A stretch of DNA of 61,619 nt, filler included, from Basidioascus undulatus (lineage: Eukaryota): the NCBI GenBank assembly GCA_000826855.1. It is 12 parts of 12 records of this genome, joined end to end, with 100 filler letters (N's around TTAATTAATTAA, not from the genome) between each part and the next. Parts side by side here need not be neighbours in the genome. Positions count along the whole stretch, not along the records: positions 51,554 to 54,856 come from JTLS01002463.1; positions 54,957 to 58,240 come from JTLS01002464.1; positions 58,341 to 61,619 come from JTLS01002465.1; 9 more parts are not named here. One strand, written 5' to 3'. Each line of letters opens with the position of its first letter. Position 1 is the stretch's first letter. Positions 51,454-61,619 of this stretch are shown one piece after another. A program made the translations under genes and the position numbers. The notes beneath the pieces were generated by a model. It did not search any database. It was not told the DNA's origin and saw only the letters and a list, made by a program, of their open reading frames with translations.

Positions 51454-51650
51454 NNNNNNNNNNNNNNNNNNNNNNNNNNNNNNNNNNNNNNNNNNNNTTA
51501 ATTAATTAANNNNNNNNNNNNNNNNNNNNNNNNNNNNNNNNNNNNNNNNNNNNCCCACCCCTGGCATCCCCCCCCCCCCCCCCCCCCTCCCCCTCCCCCC
51601 CGCCGCTCCTCCCCTGGCTCTCCGCCCTCCCCGCGTTCTCCTTCACTGAA

Positions 51651-51857
51651 GGCCCATGGTGGGGCCGCGAGCCCCCTGCGGACGCCGTCTGGGTGCGCAC
51701 GACCGTCGCGGGCGCGCTGATTGTTGTGGCTTCGGACGCGTGCAAGTTGGCGATGCGGTGGATGGAAGGTGTGGAGGAGCGGACGCGGAAGGTTAGGGGA
51801 CGGGACTTCGAGGGTGTGGAGTTGGGGGAGGAGGTACTGAAGGAGGGGGGGACGTGA
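51651..51857 (+). CDS. terminal exon of an unidentified gene
   Basis: PWWGREPPADAVWVRTTVAGALIVVASDACKLAMRWMEG...GGT* after a pyrimidine-rich intron-like stretch. Confidence 0.4.
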   Translation, partial: GPWWGREPPADAVWVRTTVAGALIVVASDACKLAMRWMEGVEERTRKVRGRDFEGVELGEEVLKEGGT

Positions 51858-52689
51858 TACATCTACGACTCTCTTGTAGTGCAACGCGGTGATGGCGACA
51901 GTGGTCAGTCACGCGGGGCGTTACGGTTTAGTAGACGGCGAGGGAACAGGCCCTGTGGGCACTTCGGGGCTTTGATGTGCGGTGTGGAAGCGGACGGCCT
52001 GCGCCGACCTCGTCGTCGCGGTCGCTGCTTCTCGGCTGGCTGATCCTCGCAGGCCACGTTGCGGATTCCCGGCGTAAACATTCAGACCAGTTTTGAATCC
52101 GAGTCGCTGGCATACCATGCAAAACGAACCCGCAGTCGCTGTGCTCCCTGCTATTCCCGGACCTGCGGGCCGCTCATGGCGCACACCACCCTGGAGCAAG
52201 CTTGTTTTCTCGTTCATTCAACAGGCCCCCAGCCGGCAGATAGACTACAACGGGAAGGCACAGGCCCGCATATCAGTGCGCCATTTGCCGAGAAAGTGCG
52301 CATCGTCTGGTTTCTGCTGCAAAACGGGTATGCTATCGAGGGTCGCGGCAGATATGGCACGTGATGGGAGGGCCGGTAGGTAGGCAGCCAGTATCAGCAA
52401 GTCAGATTGGGGAAGAAGTCAATGCAAGGGCGACGGCGGCGGCGGCGGTACAGCTGTGGAAGGTGCATTCTCAGTGACACCAGTTCACTCCTGAAACTTC
52501 CGAGCGGGTGTCGGGTATGGAATGGATAGTTTGTGCAAGTGGCGGGCGGGCGAGCATGTGGGCTAGGAATCTGTCGCGTTTCGTGCACGAAACACCAGCA
52601 CGACGCAAGCTTCGCGTCCAACTGATCTTCTATCAACGGTCCATTCCCCATTCCTCCTCACATTCCTTTCCCCTCCCTCTTCTCCCAAT

Positions 52690-53771
52690 CTAAACAGCCC
52701 GCACCGGCTCCTCCGGCCGCACCTCCTCCACCTTCTTCGCCTCCTCCGGCTGGGGCGGGGCGATCGCGACCTCGCTCGCCTCCACCTTCCTACCCTTCCC
52801 CTCCTCGAACCCCAGCCTCAGCCCGGTAGCGCCCTGCACCTCCCTGGCCGCCTTGCCCACGCTCCCCTCGACCTTCTCCCCCGCGTCCTTCGCAAAGCGC
52901 CTCGCCTCCCGGAGTGCCTCGCACACCTGCTCCTGGACCTCCAAGCGGCGCGCGTGCACCTCGGGCGCGTGCGCCGCTTCGAGGGAGGAGAGGTAGTTGC
53001 CCACGTTCGCGGTCGTGTGGGGCAGGAGCTGGGAGGACGCGAGGACCAGGAGAGTGGGCGGGAGGGTAAGGCGCAGGAGGATGGAGCGGTTTCGCGCGAG
53101 GATCGACCCGGACAGACCGGCAACGGCGATGTAGAATGCGGCGGGCGTGAGGGGCTCGGTGGGATCGTGCAGCTCGGAGGCCTTCTCTGTTCCCCGTGCA
53201 ACATCTTAGCACAAATCACATAAGGAAGTAAAGGGTGGGAGGCGGAGAAGGTGGAAGGGAGGAAGGCAAGGTGGGAGAGGGGGAAAGGAGGTGGAAGGGA
53301 GGAGAGGAACGACGCACGCGAAACAGCCTTCTCCAACCCGATCCAGCGGTCGACTACGCCCTGGACCTTGGCCTGCGCGTCGGCGAGCACGCCCTGCACC
53401 GCGCGCCGCGCGCTGCCGATGTGCTCCTCGAGCTCGGACGTTGTCTGCGTCAGCGTCACGGGCGCGGAGGGGCGGTCGTAGATGGAGGGCTGGCGTCCCG
53501 CTCAAAAGGCGTCAGGCCGGGGGAAGGGGGAGACGGGAAGACGAAGGGGAGAGCACACCTTCGCCCGCTGCACGACCTGCACGTTCTCCACCAGGACCGG
53601 TGCGTCGCTCGCCGGCTGGTTGTGCACCGCCTGCTGCTGGCTCTGGACAAGAGCGTACGGCGCAGAGAGCGCCGAGGCGCCCAGGAGGGTCCGCGCGGCG
53701 ACCTGTTCTCCCCCGGTTCAGCATCTACATGTAGTTCGGAGGGGGGAGTGAAGGAAGACCTTGGAGATCAT
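52690..53771 (-). CDS. MICOS subunit Mic26/Mic27 (apolipoprotein O family)
   Basis: PSIYD, LEEHIGSARR, VVDRWIGLE, EPLTPAAFYIAVAGLSGSILARNRSILLR, LPHTTANVGNY. Confidence 0.9.
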
Positions 53772-54632
53772 TTGCGAGGATGGGAGAAGGGGACGAAGGA
53801 AGGGAGAAGGCAGGAGGTGGGTAGGAGAGCGGATGATGAGGGTCGGAGCTGCGCGGGGTGCGGTCGTGCCTTACGCTGGGCCTTTTCGGGGGAAGAGTAT
53901 TCTGGGGGGCCGATGAGACGGGCTTGGGCGCGTTCGCTCTCGTTTTCTCTACCTTTACATCTCACTGTATACCGGACTAGGCTATTTATCAACCTTCAAA
54001 AGCATGGTCTCTAGTTTCGTCAGCCAGCGGGAGAAAGGTAGGTAAGAGAGTAAGGTACAGCAGCGCGACAGTTGGAACTTCGTGCACCGTTGGGATGCTG
54101 TTTCCGCGTGCTTTGCTTGCGATGGGGAAGCTCCAAATTCTATACTTTTCAGAGGACAATGGTTTCGATGGATAAGGAGGACAGCGGTGTATGGTATTTG
54201 AGCGTGGGTGCTGGGAGGGCTTAGCGATAGCCTATGGGTCGGGCCGGCTCGCTTGTGACTTTCTGCCGTGATCTCGCAGGGCCAACATGTTCCTTTGAAA
54301 TTATTCAACCTTTATCTGTTTACTGAACGTGTTCAAACCCAGCGGCGTGGTGAAAGAACATGGGGAACTGCGAAGCAGACTACCCTGCAATCCCCGAAAA
54401 GAATTCGCTCTCCCGCATACACTCTCCCGCATACAAACGCGCCCCTTGAGAAAGACGCGTCCGCCAGATAGATGAAGTTCGCGTTGGCGTCCAGACCTCC
54501 CCTCCCCTTCTCTTCCTCTTCCCCTCTCCCACTCCCCCATCCCACTTCCCAGCACATCCCCTCCCACCCCACCCTATCCCTATCCAACCCTATCTCCTCC
54601 GCACTAGCACACACGCACGCGCTAGATCCACC

Positions 54633-54818
54633 ATGGCCGTCGTCTCCATCCGGTACGCGTCGAATGGGAAATGGGAAGAGAGGGGGAGGGGAGGACGTGG
54701 ACTGACGCGTCTGCGGGACGGGGGAACAGCAACGTCTCGGTCCAGAACGCCATCGCGAAGTGGCTGGATCCCTTCGTCTTCAACATCACTTTCGAGTGCA
54801 TAACACCTCTTTCCGACG
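54633..54818 (+). CDS. ASF1: histone chaperone Asf1, 5' part
   Basis: MAVVSIR|NVSVQNAIAKWLDPFVFNITFECITPLSD matches the Asf1 N-terminus. Confidence 0.85.
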
Positions 54819-54956
54819 GTACCTTTTCCCCCTTCTATCCCCCCTCCCTCCCCACCNNNNNNNNNNNNNNNNNNNNNNNNNNNNNNNNNNNNNNNNNNNN
54901 TTAATTAATTAANNNNNNNNNNNNNNNNNNNNNNNNNNNNNNNNNNNNNNNNNNNN

Positions 54957-57900
54957 CCCCAGCCTCAGCCTCCTCCACCGCGGCGGCGGGCCCACCGACG
55001 AGCCCCTGCTGGAACTGTTGGAGCGGCTGCTGCGCCGCGGCGGCAGCATGGATGCGGTCGGCGGAGATACCCGCGAGCTGCAGGCGCTCGAGGTCCTGGG
55101 CGAGGATCGCGGTCTGCTGCTGGCCCGTGATGCCCGCAGCGGCGGCGGCGAGCGCGGCCGCGTCCTGTGGCGAGCGGTTCTTGAGGATCGACGTTGGCTC
55201 GATGTCTTTCAGGTCGATGCCGAGGCTCTTGCAGAGGACTTCGATCTCGAACTTGAGGTTGAGCTTGAGCTCGGCGAACTGATAGAGCTCGACGAGGAGG
55301 CGGAGGACGGCCATGAGCCACGGGTTGGGCGGGTGGAAGACGCGGCTGTGCGAGCACTGCTCGAGGACCTTGCACACGAACGGGATCGCGACGATGAGCC
55401 GGTTCGCGTCGTAGCCCTGGACGAGGAGCTCCTTGAACGCGATGTTACGGAACTTGATCGGCTTGTCCCGCGCGAGCGTGAGCCCGCCTAGCCACGAGCC
55501 GAGGTTCTTGAGGTGCGCGCGCTCGCCCGACGACGACACCGTCTTGTCGTCGTTGAGGAGCTGGTCGATCTTGGCGAACGTCTCGCGGAGGACGTGGCGC
55601 AGGAGGCCCTTCTGCCCGATGACGTCCAGGAACTGCATGTACAGCCCGTGGTTGTTCGGCTCCATCGCGACGCGCTCGAGCACGAGGTAGTGCGCGAACC
55701 AGCGCGCGTGCTCGAGCCTGAACCGCTCCCGCATCTCCTCTGTCTTCGCCTCGATGTTGCTCGGCGCGAGGTTGTTGATGATGAACAAGATCCGGTCCGA
55801 CGTCTCCTCGTCCGGCACGTCGTACTCCTCCGACTCGCCCTCCGGCAGCGGGTCCACGTTGACGGCGGTGAACGCGCGCCTCGGGCGGGCGGCGATCTCC
55901 GCGGCGGTCGCGAGCGCCTGAGCCTGCGCCTGCGCCTGGGCGGACGCGTCCGCCGAGTGCTCGAGCGCGAGGCGCGCGTACTCGGCGAGGTCGGGCAGCG
56001 TCTCGACGAGGTGCGGGATGGCGAGGAGTGCCTGGCAGACCTGCGGCCACTCGGGTAGGCGGCGCTGGAACTGCGAGAGCGCCTGCACGCCGAACCGGAA
56101 CCGGTTCGATTCGGGCACAGAGCGGAGCGCGGTGAGAACGTAGCGGATCGCGATCCCGAGCGGGATGAAGTCGATGATGTGGTACTGGATCAGCGACCCG
56201 AACAGGACGCCCGTCATCGCCAGCTCCGCGGGCGGGTAGGTTTCGTAGTGCCGGTACTCCTCGAAGCTGCAGAAGCGCCACCGCCACCCCGCTCGTCAGT
56301 ACCATGTCCTATATCCCTTTACATCCCAAGCTCAATGACGGAAGAGAAGGAAGTAACGCACAGCGTGTGGATCATCGCCGCAAATAGCTCATGGTCGCGC
56401 GGGTTGGACGAGGCCTTCGCGCGCTGGAGGAAGACGATGACGTCCTCGACGCGGATGTCGCCCGAGTACATGCGGTGGTAGTAGTCCTCGACCTCGCGGT
56501 CCATCTCAGGCGAGAACGACATGACGCTCAGGCCCGGCTCCTGGTCCGTGTGCGGCATGAGGTTCATCAGCCGCGGCCAGTACTGCAGGCACAGGTTGCG
56601 GATCTCCTTGTAGTAGTCGATGTCCTCCTGCACGAGCGGGAGGAGCTCGGCGCTGACACACACACACATCACTTTCGTCAGTTTCCGACAACAGTCACAA
56701 CCACGTGCGCAGGAAGCCAGCACTCACTTTGCTCGCAGCGCCCGCAAGAAGATCGCGACGGTCTGGACGTTGAGCGGCATGGTCGTCTGCTCCTGGCCGG
56801 TCTCGAGGCGCGTCGCCTCCGACTTGGCCTTGCCATCGAGGAACTCGAGCGCATCGCGGACGAACGCCGTGCCGTGCGCGTTGATCCGGTCCTGAAGCCA
56901 CTTGTCGAGGTTGAGGTATTCGCGGCGGGACGCGAGCGCGGCCATGTCGAGTGCGAAAGCGACGGGGCGGACGTCGAGGACTTGGTCGAGGATCTGTGAA
57001 ACGTTCGCAACGTCCCAACCCACAGTTCATTGAGCCCAGCGTGCAGGTAGAGCATCGACGAAGGAAAGACGCACCTTCAAGTCCTGCGCGACATCCAGGA
57101 TCCGCGTGACGTTCATGTTGCTGTCCTCGTAGAACTTGCGGAACGCGGCGGTGACGAATGAGCGGTCGACCTGCCAGAGGCGGAGGAAGACGAGCTGGTG
57201 GCTCGGGCTGCCGGCGAGGAAGAGTGCGAGCAGGCGCGAGGTGAGGTCGAGGTGGAAGGGGGACCAGGGTTTCTGCGTCCCTCCCCGCCACGTTAGTAAA
57301 CCCTTTCTTCCGGTTTGTGCAGATCGTGAAAATAACGACGAACCTGAATCTGTATGAGCCCCATGAGGACGAGCTCGCCGTTCGTCCTCCCGGCGTTCTC
57401 GAGGAGTTCACGCGCGACAGCATCGACCTCCTCGCCGCCGTGTTCCTCAAGGCGTACGACAGTCTCGAGCACCTCCAGGTTGTTCCACGTCGAGCCCTGG
57501 ACGGACGCCGCCATGGCCTTGATCGTCGGGCTGGCGGTGGCGATCTGCTCGACGGTGACGACGCGGCCGCCGGGGAGGGCGGCGAAGGAGAACTGCTCGG
57601 GCGCGAGCGCGAGGAGGGACGCGAGCGCGTTGATCTGCAGCGTCGTGTTGACCCACGTGCCGAGCAGGCCTGAGACGGCCGGCTGCGCCTGCGTGGCGCT
57701 TGGCGGCGGCGCGGGCGCGGAGAGGAGGAGGCTGACGAGGATGGAGGGCGGCGGCGGGGGCGTCGTGGCGGAGTCGAAGGCGCGGATGAGGGCGGCAAAG
57801 GAGGGGGTGGGGCTCTGTCGAGCGTGCGAGCGGTCAGTGACGTTCGAAAAACTGTAGAGAAAGACGGAAAAAGGACGCACATAGGAGGCAATGACACGAC

Positions 57901-58240
57901 AGAGGGCAGCGACGTCGACGGTCGCCGACGCGGGGCCGAGCTCGCCGAGGCTGCTGAAGAGCTCTGCGCTGCGGAGCTCAATGCCATGGGCGGGCTCGTT
58001 GACTGACGGCCACCCAAACTTGACTAGCGCAGCGCGGATGACGTCCGGATGCGCGGCGAGTTCGGGCGTGGCGGCGAGGTCGACGAGGAGGTCTCGGAGG
58101 TGTTTGGTCGGGGCGAAAGCGAGGTTGGGGATGACGGAGGCGAGGAGCGCGGCGAGGGCCTGGGGCGGTAGGCGGTGGGAGAGCGCAAGGAGGACGGCGT
58201 GCTGAGACTTGTCGGTCATGATGACGGCCGTCCCGACGTT
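54957..58240 (-). CDS. NOT1: CCR4-NOT scaffold Not1, internal fragment
   Basis: ALASRREYLNLDKWL, YPPAELAMTGVLFGSLI, DRILFIINNL, EPNNH, LKNLGSWLG, FHPPNPW, LKLNLKFEIEVLCK. Confidence 0.97.
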
Positions 58241-58371
58241 NNNNNNNNNNNNNNNNNNNNNNNNNNNNNNNNNNNNNNNNNNNNTTAATTAATTAANNNN
58301 NNNNNNNNNNNNNNNNNNNNNNNNNNNNNNNNNNNNNNNNCTTCCGATCTCTCCCTCCCTCCTCCTCTAAG

Positions 58372-59956
58372 ATGCACCACGTCCGCACGCTCCCCTCCTC
58401 CGCCTTCCCTCACGCCTTCAGCGCGTCCTCCACGCATGCTGGGATCAAGAAGCACGCTGGCTCGCTCGACCTGGGTCTCCTCGTGTCGACCCACCCGGGG
58501 CCGTGCAGCGCCGCCGCGTCCTTCACGCGCAACGTCTTCAAGGCCGCGCCCGTCGTCGTCTCCTCCTCCGTCCTCGCCTCCAGCGCGGGGCACGCCCGCG
58601 CAGTGATCATCAACTCGGGTTGCGCGAATGCCGTCACGGGTGCTCAGGGCCTCGCAGACGCGCAAGCCATGTCCGACGCGGTGGAGAGCGTCCTGCCCCC
58701 CCAGCCCGGGCCGTCAGGCACCCTCGTCCTCTCCACCGGCGTGATCGGGCAGGCGCTCCCGATCCAGAACATCCTCTCCTCCGTTCCCAGCCTCACATCC
58801 ACCCTCGCCTCCACCCCCGCCGCGTGGCTCGCCCTCGCAAAAGCATTCATGACGACCGACACGTTTCCCAAGCTCCGCGCGCGGGAAGTCACCCTCCCCT
58901 CGGGGCGCACGATCCGCATCGCCGGGATCGACAAGGGCGCGGGGATGATCCACCCCAACATGGGTCCCCCGGCCGCCCCGCACGCGACGCTGCTTGGCGT
59001 CCTGGCGACGGACGCGCCTGTCGCGCCGGAGCGGCTGCAGGAGGCCCTGAACTGGGCGGTCGACCGCAGCTTCAATGCGATCAGCGTGGATGGGGACATG
59101 AGCACGAACGACACGGTACTGGCGCTCGCGAATGGCGCGGAGGGCGGGAAGCCGCTGGAGGGGGAGGACTACGAGGCGTTCAGGGAGGAGTTGACCAAGT
59201 TTGCGGTGGAGCTCGCACAGCTTGTTGTCAGGGATGGCGAGGGCGCGACCAAGTTCGTTACTGTTACTGTTGAGGTGCGTATCCCTCTCCATGTTTATTT
59301 CCCCCTTCTCGCTTCCTTCACTCTCATCCGACCCGAACTCATCCCCTCCCCCCACACAGAACGCCCCCTCCTTCCCCATCGCCCAAACCGTCGCACGCAC
59401 AATTGCCACCTCCTCCCTCGTCAAAACCGCTCTCTACGGACAAGACGCTAACTGGGGTCGGATGTCCGTCTTCTCCCCTTCCCCCTTCTCCCCTCTCCTT
59501 CCTAACCTCCCTCTCCCCCCACCAAGTCTCTGCGCAGTCGGCTACGCCCCGCTCGCCCCCCCAAACCCGATCAACCCCACCGCCGTGTCCGTCTCTTTCC
59601 GCCCCTCCGACGGCTCGCCGGACCTCGCGCTCCTCGTGAACGGCGAGCCGGAACAGGTGGACGAGGAGCGCGCGAGCGCGATCCTGGCGCACGAGGATTT
59701 GGAGATCCGCGTGGATCTGGGTGTGAAGGGAGGCGAGGAGGCACGGTATTGGACGTGCGATTTCTCGCATGAATGTGAGTTCGGGATGGAAGATGCGCAG
59801 GGAGAGGGAGAGGCTGATTAGTGGGAGAGGGGGTGGGACAGATGTTACTATTAATGGGAGGTACGCTAGAGGTGGTTTCTTGGAGCGCCTGAGGGTTTGC
59901 GTAAGGACGAGCTCCTGACTTCCCTTCCCATTTACCATCATAGCTACCGCTCCTGA
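58372..59956 (+). CDS. ARG7: ornithine acetyltransferase ArgJ/Arg7 (true start may be upstream of the contig edge)
   Basis: [67 protein letters not shown]-terminal YRS*. Confidence 0.97.
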
Positions 59957-61067
59957 GCCCGTCCGCCAGATAGAGGCGAGGAGGTGAAGGGGGATGGACC
60001 TTTGATCATCCGGGAGCGCATGGACCGCATTTGGGGTTGATGGCTGGTTGATTATTTGGGAGTTCACGGATACGAGATGGAGCGGTTTGGTTTGTTAGGG
60101 CGGCAAGGAGGGGAGGGCAGGACATACAGTTTGAGATGTTCAGGGGAGCTCATCGCCGTCTCGCACTGCTTGCCCGCTCGATCGATCGAACCCTATTCAG
60201 TCCCGCATGGCAGGCCCGACCGTTGCTCTGTCCTCGCTTCACTCCCTTCAGTGCTGCGCTGTCGAGGATGGGAGGGAGTGCGCTCGCTCAGACTCACACT
60301 CGCGCTCACGCTCGTGCAAGATCGTCTGCGGCACTGCCTTGTTCGGCTTTGTCGTCTCCAGCCGTTGCGTCGTCGCGCCGCTGAGAGGCACGGACGGCTC
60401 TGGTCTTCGCCCGGTCGAGCGGTCCTACCACCCCTTGTTCGCAGCTGCGTGTCTGGGCGCTTGGAGCCACTTCGTTGCTAGCTGATTTTGTGCGGTGGTA
60501 CCCGGATCGACTCAGGGGTTTCTTCAAGTTTAGTCTTCCGGTCAAGGCACTAACGGCTGTACCACGAGAAGCAGCATATGCCGAGTTGGGCGCCGCATGG
60601 CGGCTCGGCTGCATCGATCGGGCTACTCCTCAGTTGGGCAGAATTGAATGGACGCTCGGAGGGCGACGCCGAGCGATAGTGGATCTGATCGCGGCTGCAT
60701 CGCAAGTCTGCGATTGTGCCGCGCACTGAAAGCCACTGTCTGCTCTTGTCAATATGCGCCTTGCGGGCGGCCTATGGTCATTTTTGACGAACGGAACTCT
60801 GATAAGGCACACCTGATGCGGCATGCCCGCTATTCGCGTCGATATACGGAAGCGATGGTAGCAGACATGCGGTGTGCTGCCTGCGACGACGCCTGAAAAC
60901 TTGCGAGATGGAGCGGCAAGCGGACATGCGGGCTCGTTAGAACAACAACAGGCATGTTTATATCTTTATGTTCTATTTGATACAGTGTACAATGAGCGAA
61001 AGCAGTGCGATGCAAACTTTAATGCGGCTGCAGAAGAAAGAAAGCAAGCAGGGAAAGCCATCGTCCC

Positions 61068-61619
61068 TCAGCCCCGTCGCACAGCGACGGTCGACGTGCG
61101 GGCGGCGTACAGCGAGCCCCTCGTGGGGGTGGGCGGGAGCGGGAGTGGCCGCAAGTCGTGCGGCGGAGGCGGGAGTGGCGGGAGGGGTGCGTCGGGTGCG
61201 GCGACGGAGTACGACGAGGACGCGGACGCCCAGTCGGCGTACCGGAGCGTCTGCCGCACATAGTCCGCGCCGATGACGGACGCGCGCTGGGACGCGATGC
61301 GCCGGGCGGAGTTGCGGTGGTCCTCCGTAAGGTGCGCGACGCGCGGGACGGCGGTGGTGGGCGAGGGGTTCGGGGACGGGGACGGGGGCGCGGCGGTGGA
61401 AGTGGTGGAGAGGTTCTCGTCGTTGAAGCGGGTCATGGAGGGCAAGTCTGGAATGGGCGAGGAGAAGGCCGGGAGGCGAGGCGGCGAGCGCATCTTGGCA
61501 AAGTCGGCGCGGCGCTGGGGGATGTTGGAGGGGGAGAGGGACGAGTGGCGGGCGGGCGTGGACGAGAGCGGGGCGTCGAAGGACAGGAGGGACATGGTCA
61601 GCTCCAGGGAGGGCAGGAG
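61068..61619 (-). CDS. 3' part of an unidentified Ser/Pro-rich protein
   Basis: Open frame to the window edge with host-like codon bias; no family recognised. Confidence 0.5.
   Translation of the reverse strand, partial: LLPSLELTMSLLSFDAPLSSTPARHSSLSPSNIPQRRADFAKMRSPPRLPAFSSPIPDLPSMTRFNDENLSTTSTAAPPSPSPNPSPTTAVPRVAHLTEDHRNSARRIASQRASVIGADYVRQTLRYADWASASSSYSVAAPDAPLPPLPPPPHDLRPLPLPPTPTRGSLYAARTSTVAVRRG

Overview
Intron-rich, GC-rich basidiomycete fungal DNA, probably a Pucciniomycotina-type yeast (inference from gene structure and protein similarity). The window is not one locus: it is 12 contigs joined by artificial 100-nt N(44)-TTAATTAATTAA-N(44) linkers, so adjacency across linkers has no biological meaning. 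Most content is housekeeping genes, many cut by contig ends: ADAM metalloprotease, NME6-like NDP kinase, nitrilase, Nudix CoA pyrophosphatase, SMC2, Kish, MBOAT acyltransferase, cytochrome c/c1 heme lyase, GCP4, an H3/H4 pair, VPS17, a PNPOx-like protein, tRNA-Pro(AGG), a MIF-like tautomerase, SHP1, MIC26/27, ASF1, NOT1 and ARG7. There is also a decayed amidase plus MFS transporter pair. The standout is 48331-49764, a ~76-bp tandem array in which each unit is a spliceosomal-intron-like sequence (GTAYGT donor, CTRAC branch point, YAG acceptor; 69-74 nt). Consecutive units are separated by exactly 3 hypervariable nucleotides. Spliced, the 18 triplets read CIHVTDLNNAEFEGVGLQ with no stop, suggesting a gene made of single-codon exons. 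The same 3.3-kb contig carries a LINE-type RT fragment and a degraded viral-type capping enzyme/methyltransferase. All calls are manual, from motif recognition; no database search was run.
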